Below are positions 1-12,629 of a stretch of 64,000 nt of DNA, piece after piece. The notes below the pieces were generated by a model. The model did no database searches, was not told the DNA's origin, and saw nothing but the letters and a program-made list of their open reading frames with translations. How positions within the stretch are numbered: the first letter of the stretch is position 1; every line of letters starts with the position of its first letter. This stretch comes from Eledone cirrhosa (taxonomy: Eukaryota): NCBI GenBank assembly GCA_964016885.1, contig OZ024753.1, positions 23,498,001 through 23,562,000 on the forward strand, read 5' to 3'. The translations under genes were made by a program, and so were the position numbers.

Positions 1-150
1 AAAAATGAAACGAAATTTCATTTCCCAATCTTAGTACGGCTGTTACTTAAATATAAGTATGTATACGTACATACATATATGTATACAGACGTACAATAGT
101 ATGTATATATATATATACATACATGCACACATATATATATGTACGTATGG
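1..150 (-). repeat. Fragment of retrozyme-like HHR repeat family 1 (same family as 4774-5285 and 19533-20323)
   Basis: 1-103 is the reverse complement of about 19942-20045. A further inverted piece lies at about 780-845. Confidence 0.8.
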
Positions 151-154
151 ATAT

Positions 155-766
155 GGTGGCTGCCAACTCGTTTTCGAGTACGGCCACTACTTTATCTCCA
201 TGTAGGAGAACCCCTACCGATGCGCTGAACAAGTGTGACTTTTTAGTCCATCCAGCGACTTGAAAACTCTGGTACAAACACTACACTTGTGACAATTATT
301 GACACATAGTGCTGGGCCCATGGTACCATGTGACGACAAGTACAGATAGATCTCCAGATATAAAGAAATGCCTGTGCTGTGAAGCTTTTATAGTGAGCAA
401 AGGCACTGCACAAAGCCAGTCCCACTCTCTTAACCAAGATGATATTTACCAAAAAGAAGAACAGGTCAACATCATTGGATACCATCAGAGTTGCAGGTGT
501 TATATCAGAGTTTTCCTTCTCCTAGAATTTTGCCTTGACAAGGCTAAGGGGTCATCTCTCCCGGTGATTTTGGATGGCCATTGACTCTTAAGAGCTCCTT
601 TGCCCTTTGACAGGTTTTGTTTTTAGTCCTGCAGAATGTCCAAAGTCACTCTCCTCACCAAGAAACGTTGGTGGGGTTGCCAGTTTAGTCGCCAACGACC
701 CGACCATGAGACAGGTTGTACTGGGATACATGTTTCCAGTAGCACCAACTGGTGACCTGACATACA
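155..766 (-). mobile_element. About 612-bp insertion with 8-bp target-site duplication; probable internally deleted RTE-like non-LTR element
   Basis: ATGGATAT flanks both sides (147-154 and 767-774). The minus strand encodes a terminal C2H2-like finger CSVCTRVFKSLDGLKSHTCSAHR-stop, followed by a 3' hairpin (ACTCG-AAAA-CGAGT), as in RTE-clade 3' ends. Confidence 0.5.
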
Positions 767-846
767 ATGGATATACATATATATATATATACATACGATT
801 GTACGTCTGTATACATATATGTATGTACGTATACATACTTATATAT

Positions 847-955
<109 letters not shown>

Positions 956-1885
956 CATATATATATATACATATATATGTATACTTATTTCCGACATTAT
1001 TTTCTCAGGACAACCCTCTAAATATATTTTTAGATGTAGATTAATAATCTTTAAATGACATTCTGAATAGTTATCCTCTTTACGATAGTTCTTCGAAAAA
1101 CATTACATTTTTCCTCTCTCTTTTTGTTATTCAAACATTCACACATCTTTCAACTAAAATAATGGATCTCACACAAAATAATATATAATTTTCTCTGTAT
1201 ATTTGGGAGTAAATCTTTCATCTAATTTAATGATTAACAAACAAAATTGGAGTTATCTTTCCTTTCTCAATCGTGCAAACATAAACATGATGTTTGATAA
1301 TCTGTATAGCTTTGCTAAATTAAAAATATTCTGAAAACATTTTCAATGCTAAACAAAATTTTTGAATCCACAAATTGTTCTACTCTCACAACTTGAACCA
1401 CCTATTTTAAGTAAAATACAAAATCAACTTCCTTCGTAACTCGTATTTGATATATAAACAACTAATACATACGCAATTTATTAATATATATATACATATT
1501 TATATACATATAACCTATCGTAATGTAATAAGATAAAAATACTTACAACCATAATTCTTCATATAATCTAATTGTTTATATATACAATATTATAACTCAT
1601 AATGTAGGTAAATAATTTTTTTCCCCAAAATTAACGTAAATGCTAGCTCTTCTTCCTTTCTCTTCTTTCCAACGCATACAATAACTTATCATAATTATTT
1701 AAATTTTCCATAGCGTCTAAAATAACATTTTTTTCAGCCCTTTTACCTAAACCTCATTTGCATACTCATCTTAATAATTTTAAATATCTGACTTTTCTTC
1801 TCTTACCCCTTCACTATCCAAGGATAACTTGAACCGTTAAGCTATATTCTCCTTGGTTATGTCAACATTTATGAAACACACTTCG

Positions 1886-1945
1886 TATTTTATCTGATGA
1901 TAGCGTACCAAAATTTGGTACCCTTGAAATATATATAATAGAATG
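1886..1945 (+). ncRNA. Minimal type I hammerhead ribozyme in a degenerate PLE pseudo-LTR
   Basis: Helix I TATTTTAT/ATAGAATG; CTGATGA 1894-1900; helix II GTACCA..TGGTAC with two mismatches at its base; GAAA 1926-1929; palindromic helix III ATATATAT; AUA cleavage site. Downstream sequence is homologous to 26620-26750. Confidence 0.65.
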
Positions 1946-2563
1946 GTTTTATAGAATGGTTTTATAAATATAGTTTCCATTTATTTAATATCATTGTATA
2001 TTATACTCCAGAAAACATGTAGAGTGCTCTGAATCAGTTATAAACATTTATATTTGTTGAATTACCAACAAATTGAATATCCCTTCTGCTTATGTATATA
2101 TATATATATACATATATATGTATATTTATATATTTATAATTGTTTCTTTTAGAATACGGAAACATAATATCTAAAAAATATACAAAAATATTTTTAAAAA
2201 AACATTTTATTTTATAATATTTATTCTCAAGAAATTTCCTATTTCAAGAATATTTTCGCTTATTTCTCGGTGGAATTCAAAGCTTTTCATATCTTACATA
2301 GATCCGATTTAGCTTTCTACTGATTCCAAATGAGAATATTCTCATAACAATTGGAATATATATTGTATTGTTAAGATGAATATCTTTTAAGTAGCTTTGT
2401 CGTATCTTTCACAATCGGTTTCTACCTGCTTTGACGTCCTTTCCTAATGGAACATTTAGAATAGCTTTTCCAGGAAAGGCATTAAGTTGTCCACTTCTAT
2501 CACCAAGAGAGGAAGAAGAATCAATTATATATATGTATATATAAACGTGTGTATGTGTATTTA

Positions 2564-3225
<662 letters not shown>

Positions 3226-3233
<8 letters not shown>

Positions 3234-3836
3234 ATAATTGGGGAGGGTCATATTTGTGTAATATTGCCAGAATTAATAACAGAATACACTCACTGTTTGG
3301 TTGGTTTTCGCTTTTCGCTTCTGTGTCATTTATATCGGTAATCTAATTTATTCGGTCCTCAATGTTGCCATTGACTGACCAACGGTCAAAAATAATACAG
3401 ATACAATATAGAACAAACACATATATATAGTTTATCAAAGTTCTTTCGTTGCACATCTGCAACATCTTTCTTTAGTCAGATTAAATAAAGAGGGCGTAGA
3501 AATACAATGCAACGGGAGGAATCTATAGCACCACTGACGATGTTGCAGATGTGCAACGAAAGAACTTTGATAAACTATATATATGTGTTTGTGTCTATAT
3601 TGTATCTGTATTATTTTTGACCGTTGGTCAGTCAATGGCAACATTGAGGACCGAATAAATTAGATTACCGATATAAAAGACACAGGAGCGAAAAGCGAAA
3701 ACCAACCAAACAGTGAGTGTGTTCTGTTATTAATTCTGGCAATATTACACAAATATGACCCTCCCCAAGTATAACAATATTTGTTTCGACACACGATTTC
3801 ATATAAAAAACCTCACAAAACTAATTCATCGCCGTT
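3226..3836 (+). mobile_element. Second short fold-back PLE insertion, related to 2663-3192
   Basis: About 3226-3477 is the inverse of 3479-3780 apart from a 49-nt deletion. Shares the terminal motif TGACCCTCCC..AAGTATAACAATAT..GTTTC.ACACACGATTTCA.ATAAA with the previous element. Confidence 0.8.
3530..3571 (+). ncRNA. Minimal type I hammerhead ribozyme (helix I weakened)
   Basis: CTGACGA 3534-3540; extra T; helix II GTTGCA/TGCAAC; GAAA 3558-3561; AG-aa-CT helix III; CUU site; helix I ACCA/TGAT has one mismatch. Confidence 0.65.
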
Positions 3837-3933
3837 ATATATATATATATATATATATTTATTTATTAAAATAACAGATTAAATTTAAGCAAATTTATTA
3901 TTATTACTATATATATATATATAAATTATTAAT

Positions 3934-4014
<81 letters not shown>

Positions 4015-4129
4015 ATATATACGCACATAAATACACATACACACATTTATATATACATATATATAATTGATTCTTCTTCCTCTATTGGTGATAGAAGTGG
4101 ACAATATATATATATATATACATATATAT

Positions 4130-4198
<69 letters not shown>

Positions 4199-4773
4199 TG
4201 TGTGTGTGTGTGTGTGCCTATATATATGAAAGAGTAAGTGATGGCTGCATTCTTTCCCTGCAAGTTAATAATACACTCTATTGGAATATAATACACGGTC
4301 TTTGTTAAAAAATACTTTATCCGCCAGTATTTATTAGCGTTGTAATTGTTTTCAATTGTGATCCAATGTTACCATTCCCCGTAGGGGCCGACAAAAGCAC
4401 AATCACTGAAATTCTATAAATACGACACACACACAAATACGACCAGCTGTAATATGGCGTTGTGTAAAATGGATATAAGACCATCCTATGAAATAGAAAT
4501 TCGCTTTGCTTCATTTTAAGGAAGCTTTCATTATATATATATATATCCTCTGTTGCCTTGTGGATTTTAACGATGGAAACTGCTGTAGAAATCTTTGATT
4601 CTTCGTGAAATATAATTTTCCCTGCTCCACTAACGACAACAAAAACACATTATATTATGTATTTCAATCACGTGTCACTCATTTATATACACTTCTATTT
4701 TGTATGTAATATTTATGGTAAACATTACACGCATTCTGTATCTTCATTGTAATGTTACGCACATTAACTCCCT

Positions 4774-5279
4774 CGAACATTATAATAAATATTCGGTAAA
4801 CCCATACGTACATATATATATGTGTGCATGTATGTATTCATATACATACTACTGTGCGTCTGTTCACATATATGTATGTACGTATACATACTTATATTTA
4901 GGTATCAGCCGTACTAAGTGTGAGAAATGAAATTTCGTTTCATTCTTTTCCATTTATCGTTTTCGGTATGCCCGGCCGACTAACTCACTCGATATGCAAA
5001 GTATATACTTTCAGGCGTTCAATCATCTGACAGAAAGGTATACGATGCTGACGATAGCTAATAAGCTTGAAACTAGTACATCGTTCCTGTGTCAGTGTTG
5101 AACAAAACGGCAACGATAGTTGCTAAACACTGTACGGCATAATTCGAGCTGTTTGTTTACAAACAAACCGAACATTATAATAAATGTTCGGTAAACCCAT
5201 ACGTACGCATATATATATGTGTGCATGTATGTATATATGTACATACTACTGTGCGTCTGTACACATATATGTATGTACG

Positions 5280-5285
<6 letters not shown>
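4774..5285 (+). mobile_element. Retrozyme-like HHR repeat family 1, about 1.3 tandem monomers (period 395 bp)
   Basis: CGAACATTATAATAAAT.TTCGGTAAACCCATACGTA recurs at 4774 and 5169; no credible coding frame; contains an HHR. Confidence 0.75.
5042..5084 (+). ncRNA. Minimal type I hammerhead ribozyme (family 1)
   Basis: Helix I ACGATG/CATCGT; CTGACGA 5048-5054; short helix II AGCT-aata-AGCT; GAAA 5069-5072; palindromic helix III ACTAGT; GUA site. Confidence 0.8.
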
Positions 5286-5322
<37 letters not shown>

Positions 5323-5324
<2 letters not shown>

Positions 5325-5600
5325 TTGTGTATAATGGTAGCTATGGTGCTTCAATAGGCGGTATGCCAAAATTAGCACTCAATATTTATACAGAGTAGAG
5401 GGTGGATAGTATAAAGAAACGAAAAATCACTGATGCATCTGGACTCACATATATTGCGTGTTACAATTGTTTCGCCGGCAGGTAGCTCGAGACATGATCA
5501 CTGTATGGATCATGTCTCGAGCTACCTGCCGGCGAAACAATTGTAACACGCAATAAACTGAGTCCAGATGCATCACTGATTTTTCGTCTTTTTATACTAT
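5323..5600 (-). mobile_element. Very short fold-back PLE insertion with tail; folds back inside HHR helix II
   Basis: 5407-5499 is the inverse of 5508-5600; tail 5323-5406. Both arms carry only the HHR 3' half, GAAA-CAATTG-TA. Confidence 0.65.
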
Positions 5601-5703
5601 ATATACATAACGAAGGAAATGTGGTAAGGAACCAGATGTACAATAACGCACCAAAGTACTCAATACTTAGGGTAGTAGAGTGGGTAATAGGAACGAGTAG
5701 GAT

Positions 5704-5796
5704 CCCGACGGCTGAGCTCAAGCCGTTTCGACGGTTAATTCTGGAGTATATGAACATTTTTATCCTCGTAAATGAATAACCGAACTTCTCAGGGGG
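5704..5796 (-). ncRNA. Type I hammerhead motif with C3-A8 mismatched core (CTGAGAA), probably impaired
   Basis: Minus strand reads CCCC-CTGAGAA-GTTCGGTTA...TTAACCGTC-GAAA-CGGC-ttgagctca-GCCG-TC-GGG; homologous to 23394-23487. Confidence 0.6.
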
Positions 5797-6884
5797 CAAT
5801 TCCATATATGGTAAAAGTGATTGTCACAAGGATTAGTCAAAAGTTTGTTGTTGAGACACATGATTCTATCATGGTATTTTGTGGAAGGTAGGGAACTTGC
5901 CAGTAGAAGAAAGAGGGAGGAGGAGTGGAGGAAACCCAGTCGTGCGTTGAAAGTGACAACTACAGCAGAACCCTAAGGATAAGAGGTCGAGAGAAGTATA
6001 CTAGAGAGGGGAGGGGGAGGAAGTCGAAACAATAAGTAAATCTATATGGAGTAAATATATAAAAAATATAAAAAATATAAAAAAACACAATTTCTGGTTA
6101 CTATTCCCCTTCCACAATCACCAAATCTCTCACTGGTACTGCTAAACTATAGAAAAGTTTAATAGGTGGGACGGAATACTAAATACGAGATTGTAGTGAA
6201 AGAATTTTATGAGTTAGTAGTAATCGGCCAAATTTATCTTACAATGACAGGTCAACAAGTAGGGAGCCAAAATACTAAAATAAAAAAAACTAATACGAAA
6301 TAATAATTCAGAGTTGCGAAACTAATACGAAATATTTATTCAGAATCCCGAAAATGAATACTAATACGATATATAAGAGTACTGCAAAAATACATAAATT
6401 CTAATACAAACTACATAAATGCTCGTACGATATATATGAAAAACTAATACGAAAAATTTAATACGAAAAATTAATTCAGAATCCCCCCCCCCCCCCAAAA
6501 AAAAATAAATACTGATATACGAAAAACTAAAGCAGAGATACCACTAAGAAATCTAGAAATCACGGAAATGGGGCAGCAATCAGATAAGAAAGCAAGTATC
6601 TGGGGTCTAGCACATCTGCTATAAAAAGCGGAATCGGCCAATTCTATCATAGAATAGTGGGGAGGGGTTGAGGCTACAGAGGACCGAAGGGCTGCCTCGG
6701 GGTGGGCGAGAATGTGAAAAGAACGACGACAAAGAGGAGATCTGGGGTGGAAGGACTATGAAGTGATGGGGGAAGATGGAAATATAGAGGAAACGATAAA
6801 AAATATATAAGAAAATCTTCCGTCTACCTTTGTAAGCAGGGATTACCCATTACAAAGTCGGCAAGTGGGGTGTTACAACCCTTG

Positions 6885-7520
6885 TCCCCCCCTCCCGGGT
6901 CATTATGGGGTTTGAGGGCGAGGTAAGTCCTACGCAATCTATGTTTGCATGCAGTTACCAGTTCGTTTTTCTTGTTTAGGAGTTGGTCCGTCGAAAACAG
7001 CATTTGTAATGTTCCTCCGAGCATAAGTTACATGGACGGCGTCCTCCCGTGTAAGAGTTGGCTCTGGACAGTAAGCTCCAAGTGATATTATAGGTTATAT
7101 TGTTATCTTTGAGGTTCCAGATGTGGTCCGAAAGTGTAGTGGCGTGACGCCGGGCCGGGTTTCGGAAAGTATGTCTGTGTTGGTATAGCCGGGTCTTGAA
7201 GTCACAAGCGGTTAATCCTATATAAGTTTGTTGGAGGAGTCCGTCCTCGCGTTGCACTGGTAGATCACATTACGATCTCTGCATCTGTTGTCGAGGGGGC
7301 AAATAGATCCATCAGGCCAGTTACACCTCCTGGTGGGCTCTCCACTGCTATCTAGGTTCTTTCTTCCATAGTGATTGAGTTTTTGTTGTTAGAAGAGACG
7401 ATGTTTTGTGCAAAGTTAGGTGTGGTGCCGTAGGAGAGTTTGGTGGTATATTTGTTGATTATGTTGTGGTAGCGGTGTTGTAGTGGGAAGTGTTTTTCGA
7501 TGAGCCTAAAGAAGATTTGC
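6885..7520 (-). pseudogene. Frameshifted GIY-YIG endonuclease C-terminus of a PLE ORF
   Basis: ORF pieces IFFRLIEKHFP..., YIGLTACDFKTRLYQHRHTF..., CNLCSEE and LLNKKNELVTACKHR lie in three frames and match the 21114-22286 protein. Confidence 0.9.
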
Positions 7521-8750
7521 GTAGGACTTACCTCGCCCTCAAACCCCATAATGACCCGGGGGGGGGGGGCTAGACAAGGGCTGTAACACCTCACTTGCCG
7601 ACTTTGTAATGGGTAACCCCTGCTTACAAATGTAGACGGAAGATTTTCTTATATATTTTTTATTGTTTTCTCTATATTTCCTTCTTCCCCCATCCTTTCC
7701 TACTCCTTCCACCCCAGATCTCCTTCTTTGTCGTCGTTCTTTTCACATTATCGCCTACCCCGAGGCAGCCCTTCGGTCCTCTGTAGCCTCAGTACCCCCC
7801 CCCCTATTATATGATAGAATTGGCCGATTCCCCTTTTTATAACAGATGTGCTAGACCCCAGATACTTGCTTTCTTATCTGATTGCTGCCCCATTTCCGTG
7901 ATTTCTAGATTTCTTAGTGGTATCTCTGATTTAGTTTCTCATATATCAGTATTTATTTTTTTTTTTTGGGGGGGGGGGGATTCTGAATTAATTTTTCGTA
8001 TTAAATTTTTCGTATTAGTTTTTCATATATATCGTACGAGTATTTATGTAGTTTGTATTAGAATTTATGTATTTTAGCAGTACTCTTACATATCGTATTA
8101 GTATTCATTTTCGGATTTCTGAATAAATATTTCGTATTAGTTTCGGAACTCTGAATTATTATTTCGTATTAGTTTTTTTTTATTTTAGTATTTGGCCCCC
8201 TACTTGTTGACCTGTCATTGTAAGATAGATTTGGCCGATTACTATTAACTCATAAAATTCCTTCACTACAATCTCGTATTTAGTATTCCGTCCCACCTAT
8301 TAAACTGTTCTATAGTTTAGCAGTACCAGTGAGAGATTTGATGATTGTGGAAGGAGAATAGTAACCAGAAATTGTGTTTTTTTATATTTTTTATATTTTT
8401 TATATTTTTCTATATATTTGCTCCATATAGATTTACTTATTGTTTCGACTTCCTCCCCCTCCCCTCTCTAGTATACTTCTCTCGACATCGTATCCTTAGG
8501 ATTCTGCTGTAGTTGTCACTTTCAACGCTCGACTGGGTTTCCTCCACTCCCTCTCCTTCTTTCTTCTACTGGCAAATTCAGCTACCCCTACCTTCCATAA
8601 AATGGCATGATGGAATCATGTATCTCAACAACAAACTTTTGACCAATCCTTGTGACAATCACTTTTACCATATATGGAATTACCCCCTGAGAAATTCGGC
8701 TATTCATTTACCAGGATAATAATGTTCATTTAGTCGGGGTCCTACTCATA

Positions 8751-9075
<325 letters not shown>

Positions 9076-9639
9076 GAAAAAAAGATGAAATCGAAAATGC
9101 AACTGGAGTCTTATATTTACTTTGTTCCTTTACCGGTTTCGCAGTTCTTCTGCTTTTCAGAAGTAGATTTGAGATGGAGGGTCTGTTGTTTTTATATATA
9201 TATTTATATATATCATCCTTATGTTTATCTATGCATACGTGCGAACGCACACACGCATATATGTATATTATATATATATATATGTGTGTCTGTATTATGT
9301 GTGGTGGGTATATGCACACAAAGGTAGGTGGACATTTGTGGGCGCGCGGAGGTGTCCTTATGTGTTTGTACGTATGTATACGCCCTTATGGGGCCGTGTG
9401 TGTATATATATATATCTACATATATATATACATATATATGTGTGTGTGTGTGTGTATACGTATGTATGTATTTGTATATATGTGGATGTGTATATATACG
9501 TAAGGGTAAGAATGTCTTTGTGCGTATGTATATGTATCTATATATGTGTTAGTGCACATACGTATGTGTGGACACACACATATATATATATATATATATT
9601 TATAGAGGTTTTGTTTTTATTTTGTCTATAATATACTTT

Positions 9640-10093
9640 TCCATTTTTTGTTTGTTTCATTTCATCTCAGCCACCGGGGTCCTGACTTATTCACTTAACT
9701 ATACTTTATTACACCAGGTATTGTGTACATTGCTTGAAGGCGGCCGACTGGACTAGCAACTGCTAATTTTTGGCCGCCTTCTCGTCTTGGGCATTTCTCT
9801 CTGCTTTTCAGCCCCTTGGATTGTGTCTATTATTATATTCCTTTGTTAAATTTCGGAAAACCTGATGATGTCACCGGATTCATACTGAACTGTTCATAGT
9901 ATAATAAACCTTTAAGTAATTACACCAGTCCAGCCTCCTGTTATTTTATAATAATTAACGCCGTACTCGCACCACCACCAACACAAACGAAGACGGGTGA
10001 GTTGCAATACGTCGAGTGCTCTCCGTAATATTACATCAAGGTTAACTATACGGAATGACCAGTTCTATCCAGTGGTGAGGCAACAAACCTAAA
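9640..10093 (+). mobile_element. Probable degenerate PLE 3' terminus (HHR 5' half + tail motif)
   Basis: CTGATGA-T-GTCACC at 9862 with no matching GAAA half; GTCGAGTGCT tail motif at 10011, as in other PLE tails in this window. Confidence 0.35.
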
Positions 10094-10169
10094 TACACAC
10101 GCACACGCACACACACACACACATACTCACATACATACACACACACATACACGCACACATACACACACT

Positions 10170-10215
<46 letters not shown>

Positions 10216-10470
10216 CACACACACACACCACACACACACACCACACACACACACACACATATATATATGAAGAGGTCTGAGCTGAAACACATTAGCCGCT
10301 ATGTAAGAAGCCGATGAATATCTTGTTTTTATCATTGTACATCCTTTGTATCTTTCTATCTCTGTATCTGTATGCAGATACAGTTACACACAGATATGTG
10401 TACGTCTCTCTCTCTCTCTCTATCTGAATGCAAATACACATACACACATATACACACACACATGTGTATG

Positions 10471-10525
<55 letters not shown>

Positions 10526-11470
10526 GTGCCCAGGTGCTCACGGCTCTCTGGCAGGCGGACCCGGCTGTCAGTGGAGAATCCACCTCGTCATTCTATAGAG
10601 GGCTGGTGGTTAGCAGGTGCGACGACGCCCTCGGAGAAGCCCTAGGCATGGAGGAAGACGAACTGGCCAACCTGTTCGGTAGGACATTCAGCCCGGGACC
10701 CATGGATAACCTCCAGAGGTCCCTGGCCTGGCAATGCTACAGAAGGGCTCTGCCCGTTCGAGAAAGGCTCTACAGACACGGGCGCCCGGGTAGGGACCCA
10801 TCGAAAAAGGTCTGTCCCAGATGCGTGTGCGACGAGGAAACCGTTGCACACGCATTGGTACACTGCTCGGGCATTGCCGATCTGTGGGGCTATGTCGAAC
10901 AACTACTGTCAAGGGTGGGACCGATCCGGTTGACCACCGAGTCTATTGTAACGATCAAGCCGCCTCCCCTCTTCAAAAACGAAGGAGAGGCGGTGTTTCT
11001 GTGCGTAATAGCCATGGCGAAAGAGGTTGTATGGTGGAGGCGTCTGAAAGGACTGAGGTCAGACACCTTTCTCTCTGGCCAACAACTGGTCCGTTTCTTC
11101 CGATATCATTTCGGAAGAAGGATCAGGATGTAGAGAGAGGTGCTGCACCCCAGCCGTTTCTATGAAAGATGGGTGAAAGTGGCGAGAATGGCCCGTGTGA
11201 ATGGGCCTTCACTCTACATCAGACTATAGGTGAGGAAGATGAAAGACCAAGGGAGCACCCCTTCTCTGTGCTCCTGAGGAGAAGGGTTGCACACTTTTTT
11301 CGGCGCCTCCTCTCTATTGAGGACTTTGTTATAAATTTTATTTTTTGTTATATTTTATTTTATTTTTATATATTGTTATTGCCTCCTCCTTATTGAGGAC
11401 GCCTTGTTTTGTAAACTCCCCCCATTGTACTTGTCCCACTTTTGATGCCCTGGTGGCAAATAAAAGAAAC
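10526..11470 (+). mobile_element. 5'-truncated Tx1/L1-clade LINE (C-terminal zf-RVT region + 3' UTR) inserted in (TATC)n
   Basis: LAWQCYRRALPVRERL..CPRC...ETVAHALVHC CCHC knuckle. A premature TAG at 11131 is followed in frame by REVLHPSRFYERW..., ending at 11229. AATAAA at the 3' end; TATCTATCTATCT on both flanks. Confidence 0.85.
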
Positions 11471-11867
11471 ATATCTATCTATCTCTGTATGTATATATAT
11501 ATATATATAAAGCAGAACATTGTATGTTTTTAAAGTAATTACTGACCTTGTCAGAACTTTGCTGTCGTTATAAATAGAATATGTTTATGAGTGCATTGAG
11601 CGTAGCCTAGAGGTGTAGATATGGTGTAGATAACATTTCTGTTTATAAAGTAAAACAAAGATGAGAAAGTGAGAACACTTTTGCCAACATTATGGCTGTA
11701 GGAGAATATCACACATTCAATTTGACTTTTACTAAATTATTCTTTCCTAACGCAGAAAACCACTTCTCGTTAAATTCTTGGGGCGATTACAGCCTTACCA
11801 TGTTTTTTTTGTATTTTGAATTATTAAAAGCTGTTGTGTCTATATCGGTACAGCATTTGTTTAAATA

Positions 11868-12131
11868 TAAAGAAAAATGATGTTTCTCTTTGTCGAATAA
11901 ATAAATGCACAATCAAGTCTAACAATCATTTTATTTAATGCAATAATTTAGTAAATTTCCTACAACGTCAATATTTTGAAGAGCGGATCTTTCCACGTCT
12001 GTTCATGTCCGTGGTCCAAAAAGAGTGAGTGAACCTGTGGCTGTGTCCGGGTGTATTTTTGCCTCCCTTCCCTGAAGGGTTGTTAAGGGGAGGCAACTGC
12101 TAGCTACCAAGCGACCATCTCAGCCACTACA
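11868..12131 (-). repeat. 3' LTR of the Gypsy element
   Basis: Direct repeat of 17032-17295; two substitutions seen by eye. Confidence 0.95.
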
Positions 12132-12629
12132 TTCACCTCGGAGCAGATTTTTTGTCGCAAAATCGTTAACAATGAAGCGAAGGTAGTTTACAAAATGTAG
12201 AAGAATGTATCAACAAATTAAAAATAAAAAAAAAAAATAAATAGGTTCATGTCTGCAAGCATTAACACAGAAAAAAAAAAAAAAAAAAAAAAAAAAACGT
12301 ACAGTAAAAGATGCAAAATGCATGAAAAGATAACACTCTTCGCAATAAAGGGGCCCCAGATGCGATAAACAAGAAAAAAAATGTTTTGCTAGGCAATGAA
12401 AATGCCATATGTAGCATAGTTATAAAAATGCACTAAAAAAAAAGGGACTGTGTCAGAATTGACAACAGTCGTAATGTTACGCAAAATATAATATATTGAC
12501 ACTGCCGTAGGCAGTCAAGAATCCAAAAGTAACAAAATGCAATGTACAACAAAAACAATTGGAAGGAAAAAAATAACAAAACAAAATAAAAAAAAAAAAA
12601 ATACAATTCAGTTTATATTACTGCATAGC

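Larger units (their letters stand above)
5608..8752 (-). mobile_element. Penelope-like retroelement, 5'-truncated: main arm 5608-7520 (-), inverted arm 7518-8752 (+)
   Basis: Homologous along its length to the 21660-23580 region; long inverted repeat; about 82-nt tail at 5608-5690; flanked by (TA)n. Confidence 0.9.

Noticed and set aside
9862-9905. CTGATGA-T-GTCACC hammerhead start
   Set aside because: No helix II partner or GAAA downstream, so it is not called as a ribozyme.
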